A DNA stretch of 58,104 nt, the filler included, from Basidiobolus ranarum (taxonomy: Eukaryota), in NCBI GenBank assembly GCA_040143965.1. It is 3 parts of 3 records of this genome, joined end to end, with 100 filler letters (N's around TTAATTAATTAA, not from the genome) between each part and the next. Parts side by side here need not be neighbours in the genome. Positions count along the whole stretch, not along the records: positions 19,440 to 38,738 come from JASJQH010000254.1; positions 38,839 to 58,104 come from JASJQH010000255.1; 1 more part is not named here. One strand, 5' to 3'. This document shows positions 25,956-38,854 of this stretch, piece by piece. The notes beneath the pieces were generated by a model. That model searched no databases and was not told the origin of the DNA. It saw only the letters and a program-made list of their open reading frames with translations. The position numbers were made by a program, and so were the translations under genes. Within the stretch, counting starts at the first letter, position 1. The number at the start of each line of letters is the position of its first letter.

Positions 25956-26484
25956 ACTCCCGCCACTCCCACTCAAGCCCCTCCTCCTACATAGACTATA
26001 TTCAACCTAAAAATCCATTATAAAGAAACTTTATCAAAATCATGTGTCAATTATCTTACTATCAAAAAATGGGATCAAAACCCGTTTGGAATTGGAATAT
26101 TCAATGGAAATGAAATTAGTAATATTCAATCCACCCAACCCAAATCAGAATTATCCAAACGAAATAATTCCTTATCCGATAAACATCGTGATATTGGGGG
26201 ATGCCGGGGATTATCGGGGAGAGAAAGGGTGAGTTATTCGTGGAAATATTTCCACTTCATGGATCAAAATCAGTTCTTATTGAGTCATTTTGGCTCATGC
26301 TAAATATGGTTCAACTACATTCCAAATAAGAATGGGTACCAAATGGATCAAGAACGATCAATACACCAATGATACTTTGCATTTCCTATTCGAAACCGCA
26401 AAGACTGCTTTACTAAGTATATAAATATTGGGTGCTGTCAAAGCTAATACATTATCAACCAACTTTGATACTCATTCATCAATT

Positions 26485-26640
26485 ATGTTCGCCATCCGTT
26501 CTACTGCTTCCCGTGTTGTCTCCGCGGCTCCTAAATTCGTCGCTATCGGTGCTGGCGTTGCCGGTATTAGCTGGTATGCTAGTAAAATCGTTCGCGGTCA
26601 AGAGGTCTTCTATCTTAACTTCAAGAAGCAAACTGTATAG
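26485..26640 (+). CDS. 51-aa single-TM microprotein, paralog B (intronless); possible truncated NDUFA4/COXFA4-like
   Basis: MFAIRSTASRVVSAAPKFVAIGAGVAGISWYASKIVRGQEVFYLNFKKQTV; TATATAAATA at ~26419; codons biased to GCT/GCC/CGT/GGT/GTC. Confidence 0.78.
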   Translation: MFAIRSTASRVVSAAPKFVAIGAGVAGISWYASKIVRGQEVFYLNFKKQTV

Positions 26641-27711
26641 ATAGAACCACTCCGTTCCGACATTGTATATAGAACTTAGAAGATATTCATGGTCATCCTT
26701 GATACCTTATTCTATCATTTGAGTAACAATAAATAGACACCTAATTCCTCCATCAAATACGTTGCTTACCTTGTTGTTTGTTTGAAACTTTAGTGGAGGC
26801 ATATTCGTCCTTGATGAATACAGCTCCACATGCACCTTCAGTTAAATGATTACCTAGGTACTGCACCTCTTCAAAGACTGTATTCCTTTGGCCACAGTTC
26901 AGTGGAGATACTCAGGGTTTGTGTCCATCAGGATCATCAATTAGTGAATTTAAAAGAATCAATATCCACATTATCAGGACATGAAATATAGATTAATCCC
27001 AGGATATTCCGAAATCTTAAATTTTGTTGAAGTTCATGGATAATGACCCTAAGATAGCATTCGATGATGTATAAATTTAATAATAATAAATACCCTAACC
27101 CATGGAGTTGAGATAGAATATAGATCTAACGCAGGTCACGTGTTAAGAGTTATAAGCAGCATTGTATCTCCGAGTGCTCAAGTAATGAATGTTTGCTAAC
27201 TAGCGTTTCATAGTAAACAAACATACGTATTCAAGTATTTGTTGTGAAATGAGTGCATATATAGAGTGATCTATTCCCGTTCATGACGGTATTTTGTAGA
27301 GTAGTCTATTCCCTTTTCCATTCATCCTGAACAAGAGACATTGTTGGTGGATCATGTGACCGGATGTGATGTTGTATTTTCGGTTTACTTCTTTTAATTG
27401 GATGAATGATAGCTACGGCAATTTTACTAGTGACAACATCGTGATAGATCTATGAATTTATCTCCATAGATCCAATGAGCATATTCAAATGGCTATTAAT
27501 GTATATTAATTTCATGGTCATGTAATCGAGAGATCCGAGATTACATGTCCCTTGATTTAGACTAATACGAGGTTATACGTGAGGTTTCGACACCAACTCA
27601 TAGACCAGAAAATAGTCTCTACAGCCTGACTACCAAAGAAACTCCATTTATATAACCTTTATCACTTCTAAAAACCAATTTTCAGCTTTATCTTCGAGAA
27701 AGTTCACACAG

Positions 27712-30700
27712 ATGAACTTGCGTACACGAGGCTCGAGAATCAATAGCTGTTGGCTATTGATATTATTGATATACTCGTTAATCGCTTGTACTAGAGCGGG
27801 CGATGTAGCAGTCAGACTCACAAAGTTTCAAAACTCACCAACGAAACTTTTCTATTTTGAAGATTCTGGGGTAAGAAAATGGACTTTCTTGTGTAGTCAC
27901 TATTTATCAACTCGTAATGATACTTATAAAATAACCTCTTACTACTATCCTTAGGTAGTATTATTTCTGGACGCTACATCCAAAGTCGTTTATCGCTCAG
28001 CCAATGAGGGAGAGACCTGGGAGCCAGTTTCCAACATTCCTGACAAAGCTGCCGTTGAATTGTTCAGTCATCCGTATAATAAAGAAATGGTAAGAACTTG
28101 TCACACCTGGAGATGGTCCATTTCTCGTGTTATTTAAATTTTTGTCTTTAAAATAGGCTTTTGTGTTGACTGAAGGTGATACCCATTACGTCACTCAGGA
28201 TAAAGGTGCCTCTTGGTCTTCCTTTAAGACTCAACTTACTCCTTCTTGGAGTAATCAAGTGTTAGGTTTCCATGCTGAGAGAAATAAATACATTCTTTTC
28301 ACCGGTACTCGATGCGAAGACAAAGACTTTGGAAGAAGACAAATTTGTACTGATGAAGTATTGAAACTTGCTTTGGCTAATTCGCTAAATTCTATACTAA
28401 AACAAAATGATTGTTTATTTGATAGGTATATTACACTAAAGATGCATTTGCTACCTCACCTATTCTCTTGAGAAAAAATATCGCTAAATGTGTGTGGGGT
28501 AGATCAACTCCATACTTCCAAAACGTCCCCGAACAAATGACGCTATGCTTAGAGTACACTGGGGATGGAGCTATTGCCGATACGAATGATTTAAGATTGG
28601 TTCAAAGTGAGGACTATTTTCAAAGCTCTATGATTGTCAAGTTCAATGATGAAGCCAGAGGTATGGGAGGTGTAGTCGGTCTATCTATAGTTGAAAAATA
28701 CCTCATTGCTGCTCTGGTAAATAGAGTTTGTTGTTTTTTCTAAAGTGAACAAATCCTGATTTCGATTGCCTTCTTCATATAGAAGCACAAAGATTCCGAT
28801 GATATGAGTCTGTTTATTACTCAAGATGGTGTGGAGTGGGATATGGTTAGTAATTCAAAGAGTTCTATGTGATATCCTTCATGTGATTAATATATCCCGT
28901 TCTCACAGGCTAATATTCCAGTTCCAGAGGGCCTTAAACAAAATGTAAACAGATACTATTTTACTGATATACCTTGCACTTCAACCAATTAAACCTTTAT
29001 CTTATGCTTTTTCTAGGCTTACACTATACTAGAATCCTCTCCACATTCCCTCGTCATTGATGTTGTTACTTCTCCCTCTTCAGCTTTCGGGAGTCTATAT
29101 GTTTCCAATTCCAATGGAAGTTTTTATGCCAGTTCATTACCACATACCAATAGAAATAGCAAAGGTATTGTTGACTACGAAACAGTCCAAGGCGTAGAGG
29201 GGATTGTTCTATCCAATGTTGTATCAAACTGGAAAGAAGTTGAGAGAAGCCAATGGTCAGTTGACAAGAAACTGAAATCCATGATTTCCTTTGACAATGG
29301 TAAGAGAGATATTAAGTATGATTCAGCGTGGGAATTCTGATTGACTCTTTCTTCAGGTGGTCATTGGCGCTATTTAAAGCCACCCAGAGCTGATCTCCAA
29401 GGAAATTCATACCGTTGTACTGGAGAAGATACGGTACGTTTTAGAAACCATTTATCATGCTTAACCAAAGTGGGTGCTAATCTATTTGAATTTAGGCCGG
29501 AGATTGTAATCTGCATCTTCATTCCATATCCAGGCCTCGCAACTTCGGAAGAGTTTACTCTTCGATAGGTGCTCCAGGTATCTTAATGGGTGTCGGGAAT
29601 GTTGGTGCTTCTCTATTGGAGTATGAGGAGTGTGATACATTCTTGAGTGATAACGGTGGATTGACTTGGAAGGAAGTGGCCAAAGGTGCCCATAAGTATG
29701 AGATGGGCGATACTGGATCTTTACTCGTCATGATTGATGATGAAGCATATACTGATAAGATAACTTATAGTACTGACAGAGGTCAAAACTGGTTAGTTTA
29801 CATTTACGTTGAACTTGTATATTGTGCAGGTCTAATATCAATTTATATTTGTGAATAGGACGGAGTTAGATTTGAAGGTCAGTATTAGAGCTCGGATGCT
29901 TACCACGGATCCAGAATCCACCACGTCCAGTTTTCTTCTATTTGGTTCGACTGCTAGGACGGAAACGGAGAAATATGCGATGTTACAGCTCGACTTTGAT
30001 AATCTACTATCTAGAAAATGTGTTTTCGAGGAGGGTAACACCAATGGAGATTTTGAAAAATGGATTGCTCGTAATCTCGAAGATGGGCCAGATTGTATCA
30101 TGGGGCATACTACAGCTTTCTGGAGAAGGAAGGCTGATGCTCAATGCTATGTAGGAGAGAAGTTTAAAGATCCTAAAATGGTTTTGGATAATTGCCCTTG
30201 TGAAGAAGAGGATTTTGAATGCGATTACAATTTTATCAGAAACTCTGATGGTACTTGCGTTCTTGCTGGTCCGGAGAAAATCCCCCGTGGCCAATGCAAA
30301 AACAATGGTGATAAATATTTGGCCTCATCTGGATACCGTAAGGTTCCTGGTAATACTTGCGATCCCGAGAAGGGAAAGTCTCTTGATAAACCTGTAGAGA
30401 GACAGTGCCCCTCCGAAGGAAGTCTACCTGATGGTGATGGCCCAAGTGGAAAAATTCAACACAAGTCAACCATTTTCAACGACATGGTCAACCGGTTTTA
30501 TTACTTTGTCGATTCCCTTGTAGTTTTAATTCATACGGAGAACGGTCAGGTCTGGAGAAGTTCCAACGAAGGGACTACTTGGACGCGAGTTCTACCCGAA
30601 CAAGGGGGAGTCATATTCTTGGTCATGCACGAGTGGGATAACTATCGTGCGTATCTTCTGACTGATGATGGTAAGCTGTGGGCTACTACAGACCGTGGAG

Positions 30701-33700
30701 AGACATTTAAAGAGATCGAAGTCCCAATATTTCCCAACAAGATGAACCTACCTCTTCTCGATTTCCATCCAGATGAGCCTGACTGGCTACTCTTCATTGG
30801 TAGTACCGATTGTCCAGGTTGTCACAGTGAAGCATATTTCTCGACAAACCATGGACGTGATTGGACTCTGATAGAAACATTCGCTCAAAAGTGTATCTTC
30901 GAAAAAAGTACCAAGTTTGTCAAAGCACCTAAAGAAAGTATCCTTTGTTCATCTTTCAAGAACAAAGCCCCTGAAAATGATCAGGAAGAATTAATACGTA
31001 CTCCAGACTCCTCCAATCCTTTACAGCTCATTTTTATCAACGGAAAAGAGCGCAAGGTGGTTTTCGAACCTATCGTAGAATTCGCCATTTCAGAAGAGTT
31101 CCTGATTGTTGCTAAACAAGATGGAGGTGACTTGACCCTTTATGTATCCGTAGATGGAGAGAATTTCGCTGAAGCTGTTTTCCCCCCTAACGCTCGTGTT
31201 GATAAGAACTCTTTTACCGTTTTACAATCAAACACCGGTTCCATATTCCTGGATGTCTTCCGTTCGACTAGTCGTGGTGCTGAATTTGGAACTTTGTATG
31301 TCTCTAATTCAAATGGAACATATTATACTCAAGTTCTGAAAAACACCAATCGAAATAACAATGGAGTTGTAGATTTCGAGAAAATGCAAGGGATTAAAGG
31401 AACCATCTTGGCAAACGAGGTGGTAAATGCTGATGCTTTAGGTGGACAGTATAACATCAAGAAGAAAATCAGGACAGTGATATCTATGGATGACGGAAGT
31501 TCCTGGCATCCACTGCAAGCTCCCAAAGTGGATTCCTCCAACAACCCAATCGACTGTCCCAACTCTGAAGAATGTTATTTGAATCTTCACAGTAGAACCG
31601 ATATCATCTCGTCAGATGCGATCTTCAGCGTCTCTTCTGCTGCTGGACTGATGATGGGTGTAGGTAACGTTGGCCCTTCTCTTTTACCCTACGAGCAAGG
31701 AAATACGTATATCACTCGAGATGGTGGTCATACATGGAAGGAAATTAGACGTGGAAAAAGCTTGTATGAATTCGGAGATTCTGGTGCCATCTTGGTTGTA
31801 GTTGACGACGAGAAGCCTACTGACAGGCTCCTATATAGCTGGAATTATGGCCAGACCTGGGAAACATATGTATTCTCGGATGATTTGATAAGAGTTACTG
31901 CCATTACTACCGAGCCGAAATCCACTAGTTTGAAATTTTTGATCCTTGGTATTACACAGCTTACACAGAGCAGAAATCCTCTACAAGTCGTTACTTCCAT
32001 TGATTTCTCCACTCTAGAACCTCGTAAGTGTTCTTTTGACGAGTCTGATCCGTCCAAGAATGACTTTGAGCTCTGGAATCCCGGTGGTCAGGCCAAGTGT
32101 TTGCTTGGGGAAGAAACCGAATACTGGCGTCGTAAGGAAGATCGCATGTGTTACATAGGAGATGTTTACGGAGAACCTAAAGTTAAACAAACTAGTTGTG
32201 AATGTACCGACCTAGATTATCAATGTGACTACAATTTCTGGCGCAATAGCGAAGGGAAATGTGAGTTATATGGGGTTGACCCTGATAAGCCGCATGATTG
32301 TCCAGTCGATAAAAAATACCTGGGTAGCTCTGGATACCGTAAGATTTCCACTAGCAAATGTAAAGGTGGAATCAACAAAGAAAAAAAGGTAGAAAAGGAA
32401 TGTGGCGCAATAGGAGAAATTCGCTCTACCATCACTTCTTTTGATAGTGAAGTGGTTGATTACAACTATTTCAAGAAATCCGACCATGTTCTGATGAGAA
32501 CCAAAAATATGGGATTATGGCTTAGTGAAAACGAAGGATATACGTGGACTGACTTGATGAAAGATCATGATGCGCGCATTGTCGATATTTACATGCACCC
32601 TTATTCGGAAGACGTAGTACGTATAAATCAAATGAGTCTCACTTGTTATCTCACCTAATTATAAATCTTTTCACTTGTAGGCTTATTTCATCACTAAAGA
32701 GAAGTTACTTTACTACACCACCGACGAAGGCCGTAATCTTGTGAAATTGGAAGTTCCCCTTTACCCTAACAACTTCGACATCCCTGTACTCAGCTTCCAT
32801 CCTCAGCATCCAGAATGGCTTATTTACGTAGGAGAAAGTGGATGTGACTCCATCATCTCTCTTCATTGTCACCCTGAGGCTTTCTACAGTACTAATAACG
32901 GCCTCATATGGGAGCCTCTTCTGAAAAATGTGAGGAAGTGTGTTTGGGGTAAAACTGATAAATTCACCAAAACCCCTGAAGCCACCATCTTCTGCGAATT
33001 ATTCCCAGAGAATATCAACGGTAAACATGCGAATGTACCAGTCACCCTGGTTAGAAGTGATGATCATTTCGAGACCAAGAAAGTACTGTTTGAAAAGTCG
33101 GTCGGATTTGCTATCTTTGAGGAGTACATGGTTGTCTCTCAGATTGACCCAGCTGAGCAAGGAATGCTACTTCAAACAAGTCTTGATGGTGAAACATTCG
33201 CCTTGGCTCAGTTCCCTGGAGATAACTCAGCGATTCATCCAGCCTACACTATCCTCGAATCCAACACTCACTCCATGTTCCTTCATGTCAGTACAAGTGT
33301 GCAGACTAAATCTGAATATGGTACTATTTTCAACTCAAATGCTAATGGTACCTACTTTACCACTTCACTTGAGAATGTCAATCGCGATGAAAGGGGCCTT
33401 GTTGATTTCGAGAAAATGGCCGGGATCGATGGCATCGCCATGGTAAATCAAGTCACTAACCCCAATGAAGCTAAATCTGGTAACAAGAAGAAAATTCGTT
33501 CAGTCATTACTCATGATAATGGTCGTACATGGAAGACGCTTAAGCCACCGGCAACCGACTCGAAAGGCCAAAAAGTTACATGCCAAGGTGAAGCTTGCTC
33601 ATTGAACATCCATAGCTACACAGAACGTCAGGATCCACAGAACATCTTTAGCTCATCATCCGCTGTAGGTTTGATGATGGCAGTTGGTAATATTGGAGAT

Positions 33701-34747
33701 CATTTGACTGACTACACTGATGGTGACACGTTCTTATCTCGTGATGCCGGTAGAACATGGAAAGAGATCCGTAAGGAGGCGCATATGTATGAGTTTGGTG
33801 ACCATGGAGCTATTCTTATCATTGCGAATGACGAAGAGCCCACTGATCACATCTCCTACTCCTTCGATGAAGGTGCCACTTTCAAAGATTATTACTTCGC
33901 CAAAGCAAATGAAAAAATTCGACTCAGCACCATCGCCATTGAACCACAATCTACAAGTCGTAAATTCTTGATTTTCGGGAAAACTGATAACTTTTTCTCT
34001 AAACAGGTGGTGATACAAATTGATTTCAATGGATTGAACATGCCTAAATGCGTCTTGAATATCAGTGATCCCAAACATGATGATTTTGAAATGTGGAATC
34101 CAGCGGAAGAAAAATGTATGTTTGGACGTGAAGTTGAGTACTATCGTCGCTTACCTGAGAAGGTCTGCTATATAGGGGACAAATTCAAGAACCCGCAGAA
34201 AGTTGTGAAGAACTGTACTTGTACTGACGCCGATTTCGAGTGTGATTACAATTTCGTACGTTCCAACGGTAAATGTGTTCTTGTTGACGGTGCGAAGCCG
34301 TTGACGAGCGAATGTACAGGTGGTGCGAGATACTACCAGGTTTCTTCTGGCTATCGCAAAATGCCAATTTCTAGTTGCGAAGGTGGGAACGATCTATCCA
34401 AACCCATCGAATATCGTTGCCCTAACTCGGGACTTAGTGGGGGGGCCATCACTGCGTTGGTGCTAATCCCTCTGCTGTGTGTGGCATGTGTTTTCTTTAT
34501 CATATTTAGAAGATATGGTACCATTCCTACTATCCGACTTCCTGATCGTTTTGGTAGATATTTCGCTCGATGCCATCTACCTAATATTCGTTTACCTCAC
34601 ATTCCTACACCGCCATTTGTGTCTGCTCTTCTTGCTAAGATTCCTTTTATCGGGCATAGTCGTTCTGGTTACACTCAGGTTCAACAAAATGAGGAACCAT
34701 TTGATGTACTTCTGGATGACTATGACTCCGACGATATGGATGTCTAA
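27712..34747 (+). CDS. VPS10: Vacuolar protein sorting receptor Vps10/Pep1 (sortilin family) with three luminal Vps10 modules, 11 exons
   Basis: Signal peptide; Asp-box repeats (SxDxGxTW); three copies each of NRxxxGxVD(Y/F)E, MxVGN(V/I)G and Cys-rich 10CC blocks (CDYNF, SGYRK); TM segment; tail with GYTQV and an acidic dileucine-like motif. Confidence 0.92.
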
Positions 34748-35372
34748 TTTCTCTTTACATTTATTTCCTTCACCTTTTAAAAGTGTTACTTGTTTAAAGT
34801 GTTCTATTTATCAACTTTATAGTACGTTACTTGCGCTCTCAACATCCGATTGGAATTTCCCGTTGAACTTTCATCATCATTCATTCACATATTTACACGT
34901 ACATGTACACTTTGTGGAAGTACCTACACTCACACCTACACCTACATCCGTACCCTCTCGCACATGCAGTTTCTTCTGGTAACATCAGTCTCGAGTGGTA
35001 AATTATAAACTCATTCGATCAGATGAGAAAGAAATTGAATAAAATCGGTGAATCATGTAACAGGTTATGAATGTCCATTGTAACTAATCATTTAGTAAGC
35101 AGAATCATCAAGAAATATTAATAATCCAATCCAACCCAACCCAACATTGCTTAATAATCGAATAAGTAACCAAAAAAATGGGAAGCCAAGAAAAAAAAAA
35201 GAAAAAAAGGGGAGAGGACCAGAGAGTGGAATTTCATCGAGGACATTCTTCATTCTTATTAATTGACTAGTAAAAGTGTCAAAAAGAATTATATTACGTT
35301 ACAGGATATATAAATCTAATTCAAATTTAATTATATACCTTACTTTTTCACTTTTCTACCTTTAAACCTATA

Positions 35373-36844
35373 ATGAATTCCGAAAATAACGAGGTAAATC
35401 TCTAAAAAGACCTTCCCCCTTTGGCTTCAACAAATACTTTTTATCTAGAAAAAGAGAATCCTTTCTTTTCTCGTTTCTCTCTCTTTTAACACTAATATCT
35501 TTTTTCTAGTATACACCTGAGAACGGTGAAGAACAACAAGACGAATATGTTGATATTAACGAAGTGGGTCAAGTAGTGGATGTAAATGAAGAACAACCTA
35601 TTGACGATGATGGTAAATATCCGATTTATTTTGAAATTTAAAGTATTTTTCCAACGCTAACCCCTCCCTTTGTTGATTCACTTACAAAGAAGAAGATATG
35701 GCCGTTGACGGAGAAGAAGGAGGTAGTATGCAAGACTTGGAAGATTTTGTCGACGATTCGGTTCAAGGATTTTTCACTCATAAAGGTAAATTTCGGGATA
35801 TTATATTACCAATGTACTCTCCTAGCTATTAACGGGACTTTTCTTCTTCCATTCATTATAGAACCGGTATATAGTGTTGCTTTTCACCCAACTGAACACC
35901 ATGTGGTCATGACTGGTGGTGGTGACGATAAAGCCTATGTATGGCGTATTGATACCGGAGATGAAGTATACTCATTCACTGGACATACCGATTCTATTAC
36001 CTCTACTGGATTCAGTGCCGATGGAAAATATGCAGCTACCGGTGGTATGGATGGTAGAGTTAAAATTTGGAACATCGGAGATGGTAGCTTGTTAAATACC
36101 TTTGAAGGACCTGATGAAGTGGTTTGGATGGATTGGCATCCAGCTGGACCCGTCATCTTGGCCGGTGCTTCAGATGGTACCGTCTGGATGTGGCAAGTGA
36201 TCACTGGGGTTTGTATGAACGTCTTTGTGGGTCATACTGGACCAGTGACTTGTGGTAGATTCACTCATGATGGTAAGAAAATCGTCACCGCTTCAGAAGA
36301 TTGCTCCTTGATCGTATGGGATCCTAAAACCGCCAGTGCCCTGGTCAAAATCACCAGTGAAGATGCTCGTTTCCACCAAGAAAGTATCAACTGTCTCGCT
36401 ATCAACAAAGATGATACGTTGATTGTTACCGGATCAGCAGATAATACCGCACGTTTGATTAATTTACAGAATGGAAATATCTTGGGTGCTTTAGAGAATC
36501 ATAGTGAATCCGTAGAAGCAGTAGGTTTCTGTGATAGTTTACCAGTATTTGCCACCGGATCAGTCGATGGTAAAATTAATGTCTGGGATGTCACTACCAT
36601 GAGATTACGTAGTTCTTGCCAACATGAAGATGCAGTGATTCAATTGAAATGGCATAAGGATAGTCCTTTGTTCACTTCTTGCTCCGCTGATCGTACAGTA
36701 CGTGTATGGGATGCTCGTACGGGAAATTGTGAACACAAATTCCAAGGTCATCAAGACTCGGTGCTTGCCTTTGATCTATCGTATAATGGTCATGTTACTG
36801 TCACTGGATCAGATGATGGAGTGTCATTGGTGTTTAACTGGTAA
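35373..36844 (+). CDS. SQT1: WD40 ribosome-assembly chaperone Sqt1/AAMP, 4 exons
   Basis: Acidic N-terminus, then DDSVQGFFTHK|EPVYSVAFHP, TGGGDDKAYVW, WHPAGPVILAGASDGTVWMW and further WD40 repeats. Confidence 0.85.
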
Positions 36845-36944
36845 ATACTGAGAATATTACACATACACACACCCGCCTCTTCACCTAATTAAATTAGACC
36901 TAAATTATCTTAATAAACAATGGTAAAAACTCATTTATTTCAAT

Positions 36945-37310
36945 TCATTCGATCGAGGAAGAAAGGTGAGAGGAAAGGTGAATGGATGGTGAAGAACAGT
37001 CAGTGACCACAATGCTTGGATTAGTATTGATTTCAGAATCAGCAGGTAATCTCAATGATTGTGCAAAAGCTACTAAATGATCTCTGGTAGGATGAATCTC
37101 TTGACTTGTGGATTGGGTATTTTCAAGTAGTCGATCTAGAAATGAATGTCTTCTGGAATCTAGAGTACTCAGTCGTTTCGATAACTTATCTATATCCTGG
37201 ATGTTTAATGCTTTTCGCTCAGGACTGCCAAATAATTCATCCACACAGTCTTGAATGGTGTGGTTTTCGTGACGATGTAATGGATTATGTCTGTATCGGA
37301 GATTGGACAT
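36945..37310 (-). CDS. Hypothetical ~121-aa Ser-rich, probably disordered protein
   Basis: Part of the 175-aa ORF; ATG at 37310 lies ~35 bp downstream of a TATATAT tract; no family recognised. Confidence 0.5.
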   Translation of the reverse strand: MSNLRYRHNPLHRHENHTIQDCVDELFGSPERKALNIQDIDKLSKRLSTLDSRRHSFLDRLLENTQSTSQEIHPTRDHLVAFAQSLRLPADSEINTNPSIVVTDCSSPSIHLSSHLSSSIE

Positions 37311-37954
37311 CCTAGTTACTCGGTTACCCGGGGAGGAGTTCAAATATATATACAAGTATATATCACGCACTGTCAACCTTCTTTGCTCATCATTTTCGAA
37401 ACTAAACAACTTCTGCCAATGTAGTTCCATCGCCAAGGTAATGCACACCCATTTACTAATATTAATAAGCACAACTTCATTTATCTTATTTGTATTGATT
37501 TTGGAATTTTAGTAGATCATTCGATAGTTACTCAATCTGACATAATCCAGTCAAATCATTGTCACAAATTTGTTCCATTCGATAATAGGAATATCCTTTA
37601 GCACACATAACTCTGTGATTTACTGGTCTATAGAAATTAACACACGAGTTTTCAACATTGTCAAAATTTTCATTTACATTTAGACCTTTGTGTGAATTGG
37701 TTTAGCTAAGTGTTCCTTTAAACAATAACTTAAGCATCAATATTGTCACTAGAGTTACAAATATAGCTACCACCAAGAGAAGTTGCCAATCTATCTCTGG
37801 AGAATATCTTGGATCCGAGTTATTGTGCAAGAATACTATCAATAGTCACTATGAAATATGTTGCATGCAAGCTACTCACAATCATGAGTATATTGGTATA
37901 TGGAGTAATTCACCATAGTGTAAGGATTTTGAGCCCATCAACTCTATCTGTTAA

Positions 37955-38294
37955 AGTATTTGGGAGCCTGTTGGAAGTGGTTTGGAGAAATAGAGAAATT
38001 GGTGGTTTTCATTTACTGATTTATTGAGTTGTATGTTAACATTTATAGTTTTGTCAAGATGTACACTAACTACCATGTAGAATGTGTTAAGAAATGTACC
38101 AGGGACATCTGTACAAAGTTTTGGGCCTCTAGCACAGGTTTGAAAAATCTATATATCTGAGAACTTCCAGGTTGGTGTCAATATTCTAAGTAAATTCCTC
38201 TTGAGAATAATGGGTATATCTTAATGCAATATAAGATAAATAAATACTAAGCTATATATGACTATACAGCTGTTTAGGCCATGCTAATTTCAAC
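37955..38294. repeat. Dispersed repeat family, copy 2 (arm + hairpin + core)
   Basis: TAGAATGTGTTAAG...AAAGTTTTGGGCCTCT...GAATAATGGGTATATC followed by TATATGACTATA...GCTAATTTCAAC; matches the other three copies. Confidence 0.8.
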
Positions 38295-38738
38295 AAATAG
38301 AAGAAGAAGGCCAATTAGATACATTTATCACTGGGTATTTTAAGTCAATTATTATTGATCAACAACATCATTTTATTAATGATTTTCATTATCCCAATGG
38401 TGATATCTTTGAAATCCATGATGAATAGATGTCATGATTCTGATCTTGGCATACTCATCCACTGCAAATGGAGTCCTTCTATTTTTAGACTATGACATCA
38501 TATTTGCTGTGCCATCCCTTCTTGGCAAACTTGTGCTAGTTCATCCAGGTTATCTTATGTGGAAGTCTTGTTCTTTAGAATATTCCATGAAACCTAATCA
38601 ATCATATCATCCCACAAATAGTATATTTCTGCCAAGACCTTCCATGGAAGGTCACCTGATCAACCTTATATCATCCCCCTTTGTATTGATCCTTGTAGTC
38701 CCCAACACTCCAACACTTGAACTTGCCACAGTATATTC

Positions 38739-38838
38739 NNNNNNNNNNNNNNNNNNNNNNNNNNNNNNNNNNNNNNNNNNNNTTAATTAATTAANNNNNN
38801 NNNNNNNNNNNNNNNNNNNNNNNNNNNNNNNNNNNNNN
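38739..38838. other. Artificial contig-joining spacer (N44-TTAATTAATTAA-N44)
   Basis: Identical in design to 19340-19439. Confidence 0.95.
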
Positions 38839-38854
38839 AGATTTAATCAGACTA

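Noticed and set aside
10128-34747. Apparent cluster of ER/secretory genes (VAP, ERV2, PMT4, TMX2, YPP1, VPS10)
   Set aside because: It spans an artificial contig join, and such genes are common enough to co-occur by chance.
38300-38738. Possible transposase remnant beside the repeat, including the ORF running into the gap
   Set aside because: No transposase or reverse-transcriptase motif recognised; the ORF length is inflated by Ns.
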